From the UHGV virus genome UHGV-1991486: a stretch of 40,667 nucleotides of DNA; one strand, written 5' to 3'. Source of the stretch: a virus. Made by a program: the position numbers and the translations under genes. Each line of letters begins with the position of its first letter. The stretch's first letter is position 1. The notes below the pieces were generated by a model. That model worked only from the letters and a program-made list of their open reading frames with translations. It ran no database searches and was not told the DNA's origin. Of the stretch, positions 1 to 9,313 are shown piece by piece.

Positions 1-839
1 CAGAGCTATATGAAGCAGATGTCGATATTCTCGATGACCGACTCAGAGGTGACTTGTCATTCAATCCATTTTTATATTACCAGATCACATTCAGTTTCAA
101 CCCAGTGTCAGCAACGCACTGGCTGAAGGCAAAGTATTTTGACATTAAGAGTGATGATGTATACACACACCAGTCTACATACCTGCAGAACCGGTTCATA
201 GACGAAGCGTATCACCGGCGCATGATGATGCGTAAAGAACGGGATCCTGACGGATATCGGATTTATGGGCTCGGTGAATGGGGAGAAACTGGCGGTCTTA
301 TCCTTACAAATTATGTGGTTGAGGAATTCGATACATCCCCAGAAAGATTCGATTACATGGTAAATTCACAGGATTTTGGATTCAACCATGCGAATTGTAT
401 CGGGGAGGTTGGATTCAAGGATGGAGATGTCTACTTATGCCGGGAATTGTATGTATTTGAAAAAGATACATCAGAGATCATACAGCTGGCCGAGGGAAAA
501 TTCCAGAAGCGAATTACCATGTATTGCGATTCTGCTGAGCCAGACAGGATTAAGATGTGGCAGAAAGCAGGATACAGAGCATGTCCGGTTAAGAAAGAGC
601 CAAACAGTGTAAAAGCGCAGATTGATTACTTAAAGCAGCATACAATCCATATACATCCGTCTTGCGTAAATACGATTAAGGAGATCCAGCAATGGAAATG
701 GCGAAAAGATGAGAAGACGAACACCTTCACAGATGAGCCAGTGAATTTCTTTGATGATGCAATGGCAATGCTCAGATATTCTATTGAGCAGGAGAGAAAA
801 GGCAAAGTGAAGTTAAAGACCTTTAGAGGAGGAATATAA
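1..839 (+). CDS. terL: Terminase large subunit, C-terminal (nuclease) part. The frame is open from base 3 and continues the ORF that starts at 40244, so the gene wraps around the window ends.
   Basis: No stop between base 3 and 839 in frame 3. 'YGLGEWGETGG' and other PBSX/XtmB-like terminase motifs are present. The frame is continuous with the window end through an ACA junction codon. Confidence 0.85.
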   Translation, partial: ELYEADVDILDDRLRGDLSFNPFLYYQITFSFNPVSATHWLKAKYFDIKSDDVYTHQSTYLQNRFIDEAYHRRMMMRKERDPDGYRIYGLGEWGETGGLILTNYVVEEFDTSPERFDYMVNSQDFGFNHANCIGEVGFKDGDVYLCRELYVFEKDTSEIIQLAEGKFQKRITMYCDSAEPDRIKMWQKAGYRACPVKKEPNSVKAQIDYLKQHTIHIHPSCVNTIKEIQQWKWRKDEKTNTFTDEPVNFFDDAMAMLRYSIEQERKGKVKLKTFRGGI

Positions 840-840
840 A

Positions 841-2199
841 ATGAATGGGAAAAGACCATACAAACTGCCGGAACCGCTTTTATGTTCCGCTGATAAAGAA
901 ATCAATATGACATTGATAGACGAATACATCAGAAAGCATGAAGAGCGAATGCCAAGGTACAGATACCTTGAGAATCTATACAAAGGATTTCACGATGTAT
1001 TCCGTCTCCCGGAAAAGGAGTCATGGAAGCCGGATAATCGACTGGCAGTGAATTTCCCAAGGTATATCACAGAGACCTTTTTGGGATATGCTTATGGGAT
1101 TCCGGTTAAAAAATCACATCCGGACGAAAAAATAAAAGATGCGATCCTTGAATTTGACCGAGATAATGATATCTCCGACCAGGAATATGAGCTGGCGAAG
1201 AAGTGCTGCATTTATGGACATGCATTCGAATATTTTTACCAGGACGAAGAAGCAAAGACAAAGACGGTAGTCTGCAATCCAAAAGAACTGTTTGTTGTCT
1301 ACGATGATACCGTAAAGAGCCGCGCTCTATTTGCTGTGAGATATGGAAAAAAGGACGATAATGTTACAAGGTATGGTGAGATACTCACAAGGACAGAAAT
1401 AATCCCATTTGATGGAGAAAAGATGCAGGAGAGTATACCGAATCCTTACGGGCGTATTAACTGCGTGGAATACGTGTTGAACGATGAGAGAATCGGTCTG
1501 TATGAAGAAGTTGCCGGCATGGTAGAAACATACAACCGAGTGATCGGAGAAAAAGCGAACGATGTAGATTCTTTCGCAGAAGCGTATCTTGCAGTGCTGG
1601 GTGCAGAATTGGATGATGACGGTATTTATAAAATCAGGGACAATCGAATTATAAATCTTTACGGTACGGAAAACGCAAAGGATATTATCGTGCAGTTTCT
1701 TGGCAAACCTACGGCAGACGGAACGCAGGAAAATCTCTTGAATCGGCTTGAGGATTTGATTTATCAGACAAGTATGGTAGCGAACATCAGTGATGAATCT
1801 TTTGGAAATGCTTCTGGAACTTCCCTTGCGTATAAACTGCAGTCTATGAGCAATCTTGCGTTGACATTCGACCGCAAAGCTGAAAAGTCCATGAGGAAAC
1901 GGTATAAACTGTTTTGCTCTCTTGCAACGAATGTGTCAGATCGGGACGCATGGAAAGATATTGATTTTACAATGAGTAGGAATATCCCGAAGAATCTCTT
2001 GGAGGAAGCGCAGACAGCACAGGCGCTTGAAAGTATCGTGTCCAAGGAAACGCAGCTGCAGGTCCTCTCGATCGTTAAGGACGTTACTGAGGAAATAGAT
2101 CGAATGGAGAAAGAGGAAGAAAAGAAGCAGGAAACAATCGTAGAGAAGCGGATGTTCGGAGGTGCGGCAGATGAGCAGCAGGACGTACTGGAAGAATAG
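841..2199 (+). CDS. Portal protein (SPP1 Gp6-like).
   Basis: 452 aa immediately after TerL. The N-terminal region is typical of SPP1-family portals. Position and size fit. Confidence 0.8.
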   Translation: MNGKRPYKLPEPLLCSADKEINMTLIDEYIRKHEERMPRYRYLENLYKGFHDVFRLPEKESWKPDNRLAVNFPRYITETFLGYAYGIPVKKSHPDEKIKDAILEFDRDNDISDQEYELAKKCCIYGHAFEYFYQDEEAKTKTVVCNPKELFVVYDDTVKSRALFAVRYGKKDDNVTRYGEILTRTEIIPFDGEKMQESIPNPYGRINCVEYVLNDERIGLYEEVAGMVETYNRVIGEKANDVDSFAEAYLAVLGAELDDDGIYKIRDNRIINLYGTENAKDIIVQFLGKPTADGTQENLLNRLEDLIYQTSMVANISDESFGNASGTSLAYKLQSMSNLALTFDRKAEKSMRKRYKLFCSLATNVSDRDAWKDIDFTMSRNIPKNLLEEAQTAQALESIVSKETQLQVLSIVKDVTEEIDRMEKEEEKKQETIVEKRMFGGAADEQQDVLEE

Positions 2200-3451
2200 G
2201 GAAGAAGAGCAGCGAAAGAAGAATATCAAGGATGAAGCTGAATACGCGAAAGAGATTGAGAAGATCTATGCGAACATGATGGATGAAATCCAGAAAGAGA
2301 TCAATGGATTTTACACGCGATATGCAAAAGCAGAGGGAATCACAATTGCAGAAGCGAAGAAGCGAGTATCCAAAATGGATATTGATGCATACAGTCGGAA
2401 AGCAGCGCAGTATGTTAAGGACAAGAATTTCTCAAAAGAAGCCAATGAGGAAATGAGACTTTACAATGCAGCTATGAAGATTAACAGGCTTGAAATGCTA
2501 AAAGCAAATATCGGAATGCATCTTGTTGGTGGATTTGATGAGCTTCAGAAGTATTTTGACCAGATCCTGACAGAGAAAACACTGGAAGAATTTGAAAGGC
2601 AGGCTGGAATTCTTGGCAAATCCATTCAAAACAATGCGAAGATGGCACATTCGATCGTGAATGCTTCTTTCCACAATGCGAAATACTCAGACCGTATTTG
2701 GATGTACCAGGACATGATGAAAGCCGAATTGTCGAAGCTATTACAGACTGGTTTGATACAGGGTAAGAATCCGAGAATACTGGCAAGGCACCTTACCAAA
2801 CTGTTTGGAGTAAGCCGGGAAAATGCAGAGCGACTGATGATAACGGAGCTGTCGAGAGTGCAGGCAGAAGCGCAGAAACAGTCTTATATCTGCAATGGAT
2901 TTGATGAGTATGAGTTTATCGCAGAACCTACCGCCTGTCCGATCTGTAGATCGTTGGACGGAAAACATTTTAAAGTATCAAAAATGATGCCTGGAGAGAA
3001 TGCGCATCCAATGCATCCGCGTTGCCGGTGCAGTACAGCAGCATATATGGATGATAAGGCGTATAATGAATGGCTGGACGGGTATTCCGAACACGGGATG
3101 AACTTTGAAACTTGGAAGAAGAGGGTTGAAAAGAAATCTACGTTTGATATAATAAAGGCAGATAAAACTGTCAGCGGACATTCCGGCACTCCTAAGATGG
3201 CAGAGGCAGGAATGGTAATAGATCACATTGGAAAAGATGGGAAAGTAGATGTAAGAGCTTTTTACGGAGAGTCAAAATTAAAATCTAAAGATATCCACAC
3301 AACCGATCATGGGAATCCAAAGCAGCACCCTTATGGAGAACATGGGGAACACGTACATGACTATACATGGGGAGATGATGGTAGACTGAAGAATAAGACA
3401 ACTCGCGAATTAAGCGAAGAGGAAAGAAAGGAGAATGGTGATATATTATGA
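2171..3451 (+). CDS. Head morphogenesis protein, SPP1 gp7 / Mu F-like, with an extra C-terminal domain of about 100 aa.
   Basis: MuF-type motif 'ACPICRSLDGKHF...HPMHPRCRCST'. RBS GGAGGTG 8 nt upstream of ATG 2171 (the ORF track starts at GTG 2162). The C-terminal tail 'HGNPKQHPYGEHGEHVHDY' lies beyond the MuF core. Confidence 0.8.
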   Translation: MSSRTYWKNREEEQRKKNIKDEAEYAKEIEKIYANMMDEIQKEINGFYTRYAKAEGITIAEAKKRVSKMDIDAYSRKAAQYVKDKNFSKEANEEMRLYNAAMKINRLEMLKANIGMHLVGGFDELQKYFDQILTEKTLEEFERQAGILGKSIQNNAKMAHSIVNASFHNAKYSDRIWMYQDMMKAELSKLLQTGLIQGKNPRILARHLTKLFGVSRENAERLMITELSRVQAEAQKQSYICNGFDEYEFIAEPTACPICRSLDGKHFKVSKMMPGENAHPMHPRCRCSTAAYMDDKAYNEWLDGYSEHGMNFETWKKRVEKKSTFDIIKADKTVSGHSGTPKMAEAGMVIDHIGKDGKVDVRAFYGESKLKSKDIHTTDHGNPKQHPYGEHGEHVHDYTWGDDGRLKNKTTRELSEEERKENGDIL

Positions 3452-3687
3452 AAAAAGATGAATTAAGACAAATTTTATCTGAGTGTTGCAATGATATTTC
3501 TTTCTCTTATAGAGGATTGGCATCGGGAGTGACAGTCGAAGTCAGGGATTACATCCCAACGTATCAAGCGTGGCATGGTGATGATACGAAAGAGTATGAT
3601 AATGTAGATGAGGTTATGAATGATAAATTTTATAGCGGAAAATCATTAAACGATCTAGTAAAAGAAGTAGAAATTGATGCAATGTAA
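3448..3687 (+). CDS. Small acidic hypothetical protein (79 aa), translationally coupled to the MuF gene. Candidate immunity or partner protein.
   Basis: ATGA stop/start overlap with the MuF stop. D/E-rich. Followed by a hairpin and T-run. Confidence 0.4.
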   Translation: MKKDELRQILSECCNDISFSYRGLASGVTVEVRDYIPTYQAWHGDDTKEYDNVDEVMNDKFYSGKSLNDLVKEVEIDAM

Positions 3688-3720
3688 TACCATCGGTCGA
3701 GCGGGCTGGTGGTATTTTTG
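3687..3720 (+). terminator. Rho-independent terminator candidate.
   Basis: atacca(3687-92)...tggtat(3710-15), extendable with G·U pairs, followed by ttttt (3716-19). Confidence 0.5.
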
Positions 3721-3744
3721 TACTCATTTTGGAGGTGATGCGAT

Positions 3745-4032
3745 TTGATTGAGGTGAGAATTCGACCAGAGCGAATTGAAATCTTTGGACACGCAGGGTA
3801 TGCAGAACCCGGAAAAGATATTGTGTGTGCAGCTGTGACAGCACTTACGCAGACGCTGATCCAGTCGATTGATGACTTAACGGATGATGAAATAGAATAC
3901 AGAATATCTCCCGGAAAGGCTGAGATAGAATACAGGAATCTGTCAGAGAAATCAAAAACCCTGGTGGATTCCTTTTTCGTTGGCATCTGTTTGATTGCGG
4001 AAGAATTTCCGGAATATGTGAAAGTGAGGTGA
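3745..4032 (+). CDS. prp: Prp-type cysteine protease (ribosomal-processing protease / DUF464 family).
   Basis: 95 aa with the hallmark 'GHAGYAEPGKDIVCAAVTAL' (catalytic His...Cys). Sits between the MuF gene and the scaffold gene, as in phages that use Prp to trim scaffold and capsid proteins. Confidence 0.75.
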   Translation: MIEVRIRPERIEIFGHAGYAEPGKDIVCAAVTALTQTLIQSIDDLTDDEIEYRISPGKAEIEYRNLSEKSKTLVDSFFVGICLIAEEFPEYVKVR

Positions 4033-4036
4033 GAAT

Positions 4037-4330
4037 ATGAGTAAAACAGAGAGTTTTATCAGAGCAGCAACAACAAGTGAGCAGGCACTGGTTTTGGAAT
4101 TTGCGCATGAGGGAAGAGCATATCTTGTGAAAAATTTTACGGATGGTGATGTATATGTTGGTCTCAAGGATGGTGCGACAAAAGAGGAGAGTATGTTAAT
4201 TCCCGCTAATACAGCGCAGTGTGTGATTCTAAGGGATAAAATGTACTTTGATAAGGATGGAAACATCGTCCAAATCATCCCCACAGCAACAAGCGAAAAA
4301 GGAGTAGAAGTACAATGCTTAAAATGGTAG
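4037..4330 (+). CDS. Hypothetical protein (97 aa).
   Basis: ORF in the head module. No recognisable motifs. Confidence 0.4.
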   Translation: MSKTESFIRAATTSEQALVLEFAHEGRAYLVKNFTDGDVYVGLKDGATKEESMLIPANTAQCVILRDKMYFDKDGNIVQIIPTATSEKGVEVQCLKW

Positions 4331-5871
4331 ACGGAACAGGAATCATAGGAGTGGATATGATCTGTCCTCTAGGAGTCTCCACTCCACAGCCACCGAATTA
4401 TGACAGGGTAGAGCTAGAGGGGGCAGGGATGTTGGTACTTCCGAACAGCTTGGATGCACCGCTTGAGAGGTTGGAGCTTGGTGGGAAGACGAAACAGGTG
4501 AGTACAAGAGGAGTTAACCTATTTGACGAAAAGTTACTTTTAGATTTTGACAGCGAAAATTATGATAAAACACAATCAGGAAGCGGATTTTATTATTATA
4601 AATTTCCAGTAAGCGGTACGGTTACAGTATCTACTAAAAATGCAAACAAAAATGGCGAATATCTGACAGTAGGTATAAAACCGGACGGTAGTGACAAAAC
4701 ATGGTTATCACACGCGTCTGCAGCTATTTCCAAGTATAAAACATTGACTCCGGAAGATGGAAACATTTATTTAGGAGTCAATAACAATCTCGAAAGAGTT
4801 AAGAGCATGATACAAAACACTGGTGGAATCATCATAAACGAAGGTTCTGCAGCTCAGCCTTACGAACCATATACGGGTAACAAACCATCCCCAAGTCCAG
4901 AATATCAACAGGAAATTAAAAACTCTGGGAAATGGAATGAGGGAACGCAGAAATATGAAGTGGATGTGAAAGTTACGGGGAAGAATCTGTTTGATAGCGA
5001 AAAGGCAAAAGATGTTTCGAAATGGACGCCATGCGCTTTTAATGCAAACTTTGTAGAAATTGCAGTTTATGTCGGTACGGGAAGCACTGTAACAGTATCT
5101 AATAATACAAAAATCAATAATCCAGTATATTATTACGGAGTGGCTTTGAAGAGTTCTGAGGATATTAAATATTTTATATGCTATCCCGGTTATCCAAGCT
5201 CCAAAGATACACACACATTTACTGCAACAGAGGATTATATCTATGTTAGATGTAACAAAACATCGCTTAATGATGTTATTGGAGTTTGCGGTGGACTGCA
5301 AATAGAAATCGGGGCAAGTCGAACGGATTTTGAATCCTACAAAGAGCAAACCCTCACTCTCACATCCGACAGACCAATCACAAAATGGGACAGACTGGTA
5401 GAACAGGGCGGACAGATTGGGTGGTTGTATCGGAGTGAAATAATAACATTGACTGGTGATGAACATTATGTTGCGTATTCAGATTTTAATTCATTCTATA
5501 CGAGCATACCTGCTCTGAATAGAAACGGAAACACGCCTTTTTGCAACAAGTATGTTCATAAATCTATCGTTAGTAGCAATTTAGACAAAGTATTTTCGGT
5601 TGGAGATGGTAGTTATGACAAAGTGTGGTTTAGAGACATGAGATTTAATTTATCTATATCGGATTTTAAGTCGTATCTACAAGATGAATATTCGAAAGGA
5701 ACACCGGTAGAAGTAGTGTGTACGACGAAAGAAACAGAATTCGTCCCACTCCCACAATCCGAGCAGAACGCTATCCGAGCATTAAAAACCTACTACCCTA
5801 CCACAGTCATCACAGCAGATGGAGGGGAACTTGATCCAGATATTAAAGTAACATACCGAAAGGAGATTTAA
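4315..5871 (+). CDS. Large hypothetical protein (518 aa), beta-rich. Possible structural, decoration or carbohydrate-binding protein inserted in the head module.
   Basis: Long uninterrupted ORF with Thr/Ser/Gly/Asn-rich composition and no catalytic motifs recognised. Unusual position between prp and scaffold. Confidence 0.5.
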   Translation: MLKMVDGTGIIGVDMICPLGVSTPQPPNYDRVELEGAGMLVLPNSLDAPLERLELGGKTKQVSTRGVNLFDEKLLLDFDSENYDKTQSGSGFYYYKFPVSGTVTVSTKNANKNGEYLTVGIKPDGSDKTWLSHASAAISKYKTLTPEDGNIYLGVNNNLERVKSMIQNTGGIIINEGSAAQPYEPYTGNKPSPSPEYQQEIKNSGKWNEGTQKYEVDVKVTGKNLFDSEKAKDVSKWTPCAFNANFVEIAVYVGTGSTVTVSNNTKINNPVYYYGVALKSSEDIKYFICYPGYPSSKDTHTFTATEDYIYVRCNKTSLNDVIGVCGGLQIEIGASRTDFESYKEQTLTLTSDRPITKWDRLVEQGGQIGWLYRSEIITLTGDEHYVAYSDFNSFYTSIPALNRNGNTPFCNKYVHKSIVSSNLDKVFSVGDGSYDKVWFRDMRFNLSISDFKSYLQDEYSKGTPVEVVCTTKETEFVPLPQSEQNAIRALKTYYPTTVITADGGELDPDIKVTYRKEI

Positions 5872-5872
5872 A

Positions 5873-6160
5873 ATGAACTATGCAAAAATTATGGAAAACG
5901 GAACTGTGAGAATCAGCTCCATCAAGAAAGAGGGCTACAAACCACTCAAGGAAGAGAAACCAGAGGGATTTAGTAATCTGGTCTTTGTCGGATATACGGA
6001 GACAGAGGAGAATGTAATAAAAGAGTATGAAGCAGTGGATGACGGTATGAGCGCCTACGGTAAATTGCAGAAAGACTTGAAAGCAACACAGGCGGCACAG
6101 GAAGTCACAGATCAGGCAGTGCAGGAATTAATTCTTGCGACTATGAAAATGGGGGTGTAA
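5873..6160 (+). CDS. Hypothetical protein (95 aa).
   Basis: ORF begins 2 nt after the stop of the preceding 518-aa ORF. Confidence 0.45.
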   Translation: MNYAKIMENGTVRISSIKKEGYKPLKEEKPEGFSNLVFVGYTETEENVIKEYEAVDDGMSAYGKLQKDLKATQAAQEVTDQAVQELILATMKMGV

Positions 6161-6163
6161 GTT

Positions 6164-6259
6164 ATGGCACAGTTTTTGGCAAACAGAATCAAAGGTGGAC
6201 ACTTGACGATTGATGAAGTACCGGAGAGTTTAAAAGAACAGGTACAGGCGTTACTTTAG
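6164..6259 (+). CDS. Very small ORF (31 aa), 'MAQFLANRIKGGHLTIDEVPESLKEQVQALL'. Possibly an XkdX-like mini-protein.
   Basis: ATG at 6164, TAG at 6257-59. Vague resemblance to the XkdX family ('...T.eqVpe...qV...'). Confidence 0.25.
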   Translation: MAQFLANRIKGGHLTIDEVPESLKEQVQALL

Positions 6260-6382
6260 GAGATTAGCACATAGAGATATGTATTATTTTTATGCCTTTT
6301 TCCGGCAGGCGGTAAAGAACCGGCAATCTATTTTAAAGCAACGGTCTGGACAGTGGATGGACTGGGGCAGAAAGGAAAAGAT

Positions 6383-6997
6383 ATGAAATTTAGAGAATTT
6401 ATGGCATTACAGTTATTTGCCGAAGACGAAGGAACTGGGGCAGAAAGCAATGGATCCGGCGTAAATGGCGAAGAAACACAGGGCAATGAGGGAGATCAGG
6501 GAACTTCCGGTAATACGTTTGAGGACTTTTTAAAGGATGGAAAGAACCAAGCAGAATTTGACCGGAGAGTCAACAAAGCAATCGAAACAGCACTCGGAAA
6601 TGCGAAAGTGAAATGGCAGGAAGATGCTGACCAGAAAGCGGAAGAAGCAGCTAAAGTTGCAAAAATGAATGCAGAGCAGAAACAGCAGTACGATATGGAC
6701 AAGTTAAAGGAAGAAAATGAGAGACTGAAAGCAGAGTCTGTTAAGAATCAGCTCAGCAGAAATGCATCCGTAGTCCTTGCAGAAAAAGGCATTGAGGCAA
6801 CACAAGAGGTGCTTGATTTTATTGTGGGCGCCGATGAAACAGATACCAATGCAAGAATTGACACTCTGATGAAAATCGTGGAATCCCAGCTTAAGAAAGC
6901 CGAGATCGCCAGAGCAACCGGATCTACACCAAAAACCATGACGAACTCAGGAAGTCCAATGTCTGAATTCGAAAAGAGACTTGCAAAGTATAAATAA
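6383..6997 (+). CDS. Capsid scaffolding protein.
   Basis: RBS AAAGGAAAAG before ATG 6383. N-terminus 'MKFREFMALQLFAEDEG', a charged, coiled-coil-like middle, position directly before the major capsid gene. Confidence 0.7.
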   Translation: MKFREFMALQLFAEDEGTGAESNGSGVNGEETQGNEGDQGTSGNTFEDFLKDGKNQAEFDRRVNKAIETALGNAKVKWQEDADQKAEEAAKVAKMNAEQKQQYDMDKLKEENERLKAESVKNQLSRNASVVLAEKGIEATQEVLDFIVGADETDTNARIDTLMKIVESQLKKAEIARATGSTPKTMTNSGSPMSEFEKRLAKYK

Positions 6998-7011
6998 AGG
7001 AGAATGTGAAG

Positions 7012-7932
7012 ATGAAGAATAAAGAATTTATGATGTTACAGTTATTTGCGGCAGGAGACAACAATGATATGCCGGTAAGAAGCTACCAGCTTGAGTTTAA
7101 AAGCCTTTTGAAGGTAGTATTTAAAAAGATGTCTTATTTCGCGGATTTTTTCGTCGGCGAACTTGAGGTACTGGACGGAGTCAGAGAAAATGAAACAGCC
7201 TTTTATGTAAAAACATCAGACATTCCGGTTGTGGTTGGAACTGGGTACGATAAAACAGCTACGAAAGCGTTTGGAACGGGAACAGGGAACTCTAGCCGTT
7301 TCGGGGAGAGAAAAGAGATTATCTACGCGAACACGCCGGTTAATTACTCTTGGGGATGGAATTACCACGAGGGAATTGACCGACACACGGTAAACAATGA
7401 TTTTGACGTTGCGGTAGCAGATCGCTTGGAACTGCAGGCGAGGGCTAAGACAAAGCAGTTTAACAAGCAGCACGGAAAATTTATTTCCACATCTTCCGGA
7501 AAAACTTTAAGCGTTACTGATTATACGGCAGACAATGTATTAAAGCTGTTTAATGAGCTGTCGAAGTATTTCAATAATATTGAAGCAGTTGGAACGAAGA
7601 AGATTAAGGTTTGTTCCGATCTGTACAATGCCGTTTCGGATCATCCTTTGAATACAACTGCTAAAAACTCTACTGTAAACATTGATGGCAATGAAGTTGT
7701 GAAGTTCAAGGGATTCCTTGTAGAGGAGATTCCGGATGAGCTCTTCCAGTCCAAAGAATGTGCCTATGCATATATTGCCGGAGTTGCAAAAGCATTTACC
7801 GGAATTAACACAGCGAGAACAATCGAATCCGAGGATTTCGACGGTGTAGCTTTGCAGGGAGCTGGTAAGGCTGGAGAATTTATTCCGAATGACAACAAAA
7901 AGGCGGTAGTAAAAGTAACCATCACGGGGTAA
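7012..7932 (+). CDS. Major capsid protein.
   Basis: RBS AAGGAG 8 nt upstream of ATG 7012 (the ORF track starts at GTG 7006). N-terminus 'MKNKEFMMLQLFAAGDN' has the same motif as the scaffold. About 300 aa, after the scaffold. Confidence 0.75.
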   Translation: MKNKEFMMLQLFAAGDNNDMPVRSYQLEFKSLLKVVFKKMSYFADFFVGELEVLDGVRENETAFYVKTSDIPVVVGTGYDKTATKAFGTGTGNSSRFGERKEIIYANTPVNYSWGWNYHEGIDRHTVNNDFDVAVADRLELQARAKTKQFNKQHGKFISTSSGKTLSVTDYTADNVLKLFNELSKYFNNIEAVGTKKIKVCSDLYNAVSDHPLNTTAKNSTVNIDGNEVVKFKGFLVEEIPDELFQSKECAYAYIAGVAKAFTGINTARTIESEDFDGVALQGAGKAGEFIPNDNKKAVVKVTITG

Positions 7933-7937
7933 AGAGT

Positions 7938-8276
7938 ATGCGCAGGATGAAAAGTGTACTGGATGATTTAAAAAAGCTTCTGGGGATCGAGGATGATTCT
8001 CTTGATTCGAAACTGGAGTTGATTCTTAAATCCGTGCAGGGGCGGTTAAAACTCCTGCTCGGAGGAATCGAAGTGCCGCCGGAAATGAATCATATTGTTT
8101 TGGAAGTGGCAGTGATCCGGTTTAATCGGTTGGGTTCCGAGGGTATGTCATCACACAATGTTGAGGGAGAGAATATGTCCTACAACGATAATGATTTTGA
8201 TGGATTCATGAATGAAATACAGGCTTTTCTTGACTCACAAAAAGAATCAAAACGAGGAAGGGTGAGATTTATTTGA
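7938..8276 (+). CDS. Head-tail connector (gp6-like, QLRG family).
   Basis: 112 aa. N-terminus 'VLDDLKKLLGIEDDSLDSKLELILKSVQGRL' is typical of gp6-like connectors. Follows the capsid gene. Confidence 0.65.
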   Translation: MRRMKSVLDDLKKLLGIEDDSLDSKLELILKSVQGRLKLLLGGIEVPPEMNHIVLEVAVIRFNRLGSEGMSSHNVEGENMSYNDNDFDGFMNEIQAFLDSQKESKRGRVRFI

Positions 8277-8575
8277 GGTGTGATACAGAAGTTTTCTTTC
8301 AGTCGATCGTACCTGGGGAGTATGACGAAGCTACTGGGGATTATGGAGATGATATAGTCTCAGAAGAGAAAATATACGCCAGTGTGACAGATACCGGCAC
8401 AGAGACAATGAACCTTGTATACGGATCCATAAAGCAGGGAAGCAAGACGGTGCGGATACAGACGCATTACAAAAAACCGTTTGATCGTATTCGGATAGGA
8501 AACGCCTTATACAGAGTGGATTTTGAGCGGAAACTTCGAACAAAGCATGTGTTTGTGGTGTCGGAGGTGCAGTGA
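8273..8575 (+). CDS. Head closure / head-tail adaptor (SPP1 gp16-like).
   Basis: 100 aa, overlapping start with the upstream gene. Position and size fit. Confidence 0.6.
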   Translation: MRCDTEVFFQSIVPGEYDEATGDYGDDIVSEEKIYASVTDTGTETMNLVYGSIKQGSKTVRIQTHYKKPFDRIRIGNALYRVDFERKLRTKHVFVVSEVQ

Positions 8576-8910
8576 TGGCAGGTATTAAATTTAAAGGAAT
8601 CGCAAAGCTGGATAAAGGTTTGAAGAAAAGAATGGATCTGAATGCAGTTAAGACAGTTGTCCGAAAAAACGGAGCTGATATGCAAGCAAAATCACAGAGA
8701 AATGCGCCGGTTGATACCGGGACTTTGAAGCGGAGTATAGGTCTTGATTTGTCAGATAATGGGATGACTGCGACTGTGGAACCTACTGCGGAGTATGCTC
8801 CATATGTGGAACTCGGAACACGATTCATGGAAGCGCAGCCGTATTTAAAACCCGCATTTGAGGAGCAGAAGAAACAGTTTGAAAAAGATTTGCAAAAGCT
8901 TGTGAGGTGA
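8572..8910 (+). CDS. HK97 gp10-family tail component.
   Basis: 'NAPVDTGTLKRSI...YAPYVELGTRFM' motif of the HK97 gp10 family. Confidence 0.75.
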   Translation: MMAGIKFKGIAKLDKGLKKRMDLNAVKTVVRKNGADMQAKSQRNAPVDTGTLKRSIGLDLSDNGMTATVEPTAEYAPYVELGTRFMEAQPYLKPAFEEQKKQFEKDLQKLVR

Positions 8911-8913
8911 GAC

Positions 8914-9297
8914 ATGGATCCACAGCAAGAATTATTTACAGAATTACTTACAGAGATTAAAAAAATAGGATATGACGTATATGACGGCTTCTTACCGCCG
9001 GATGGTACGCCGTATCCTTTTGTTTATCTCGCAGACAACCACCAGATAGATGATGCCAATAAAACCGCTGTCTTTGGAAGTGTCCATCAGACAATCCATA
9101 TATGGCACAACAACCCAAGACAGAGAGGAACGGTATCAAAAATGCTGTTGGCGATCAAAACTACATGCAGAAAACTGGATCATACAGAAAATTTTGCATG
9201 GAATGTCCGGAATGTAAACCAAAGAATTTTACCGGACACAACAACAAAGCAGCCTCTTTTACACGGGTTGCTGGAAATAGAATTTAGTTTTAGTTAG
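8914..9297 (+). CDS. Tail terminator / tail completion protein (putative).
   Basis: 127 aa between the gp10-like gene and the major tail gene. Confidence 0.5.
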   Translation: MDPQQELFTELLTEIKKIGYDVYDGFLPPDGTPYPFVYLADNHQIDDANKTAVFGSVHQTIHIWHNNPRQRGTVSKMLLAIKTTCRKLDHTENFAWNVRNVNQRILPDTTTKQPLLHGLLEIEFSFS

Positions 9298-9313
9298 AGA
9301 GAGGAGAAAAAGC

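Noticed and set aside
4771-5466. 231-aa minus-strand ORF.
   Set aside because: It is antisense within the 518-aa plus-strand ORF. It has low-complexity composition and no start context.
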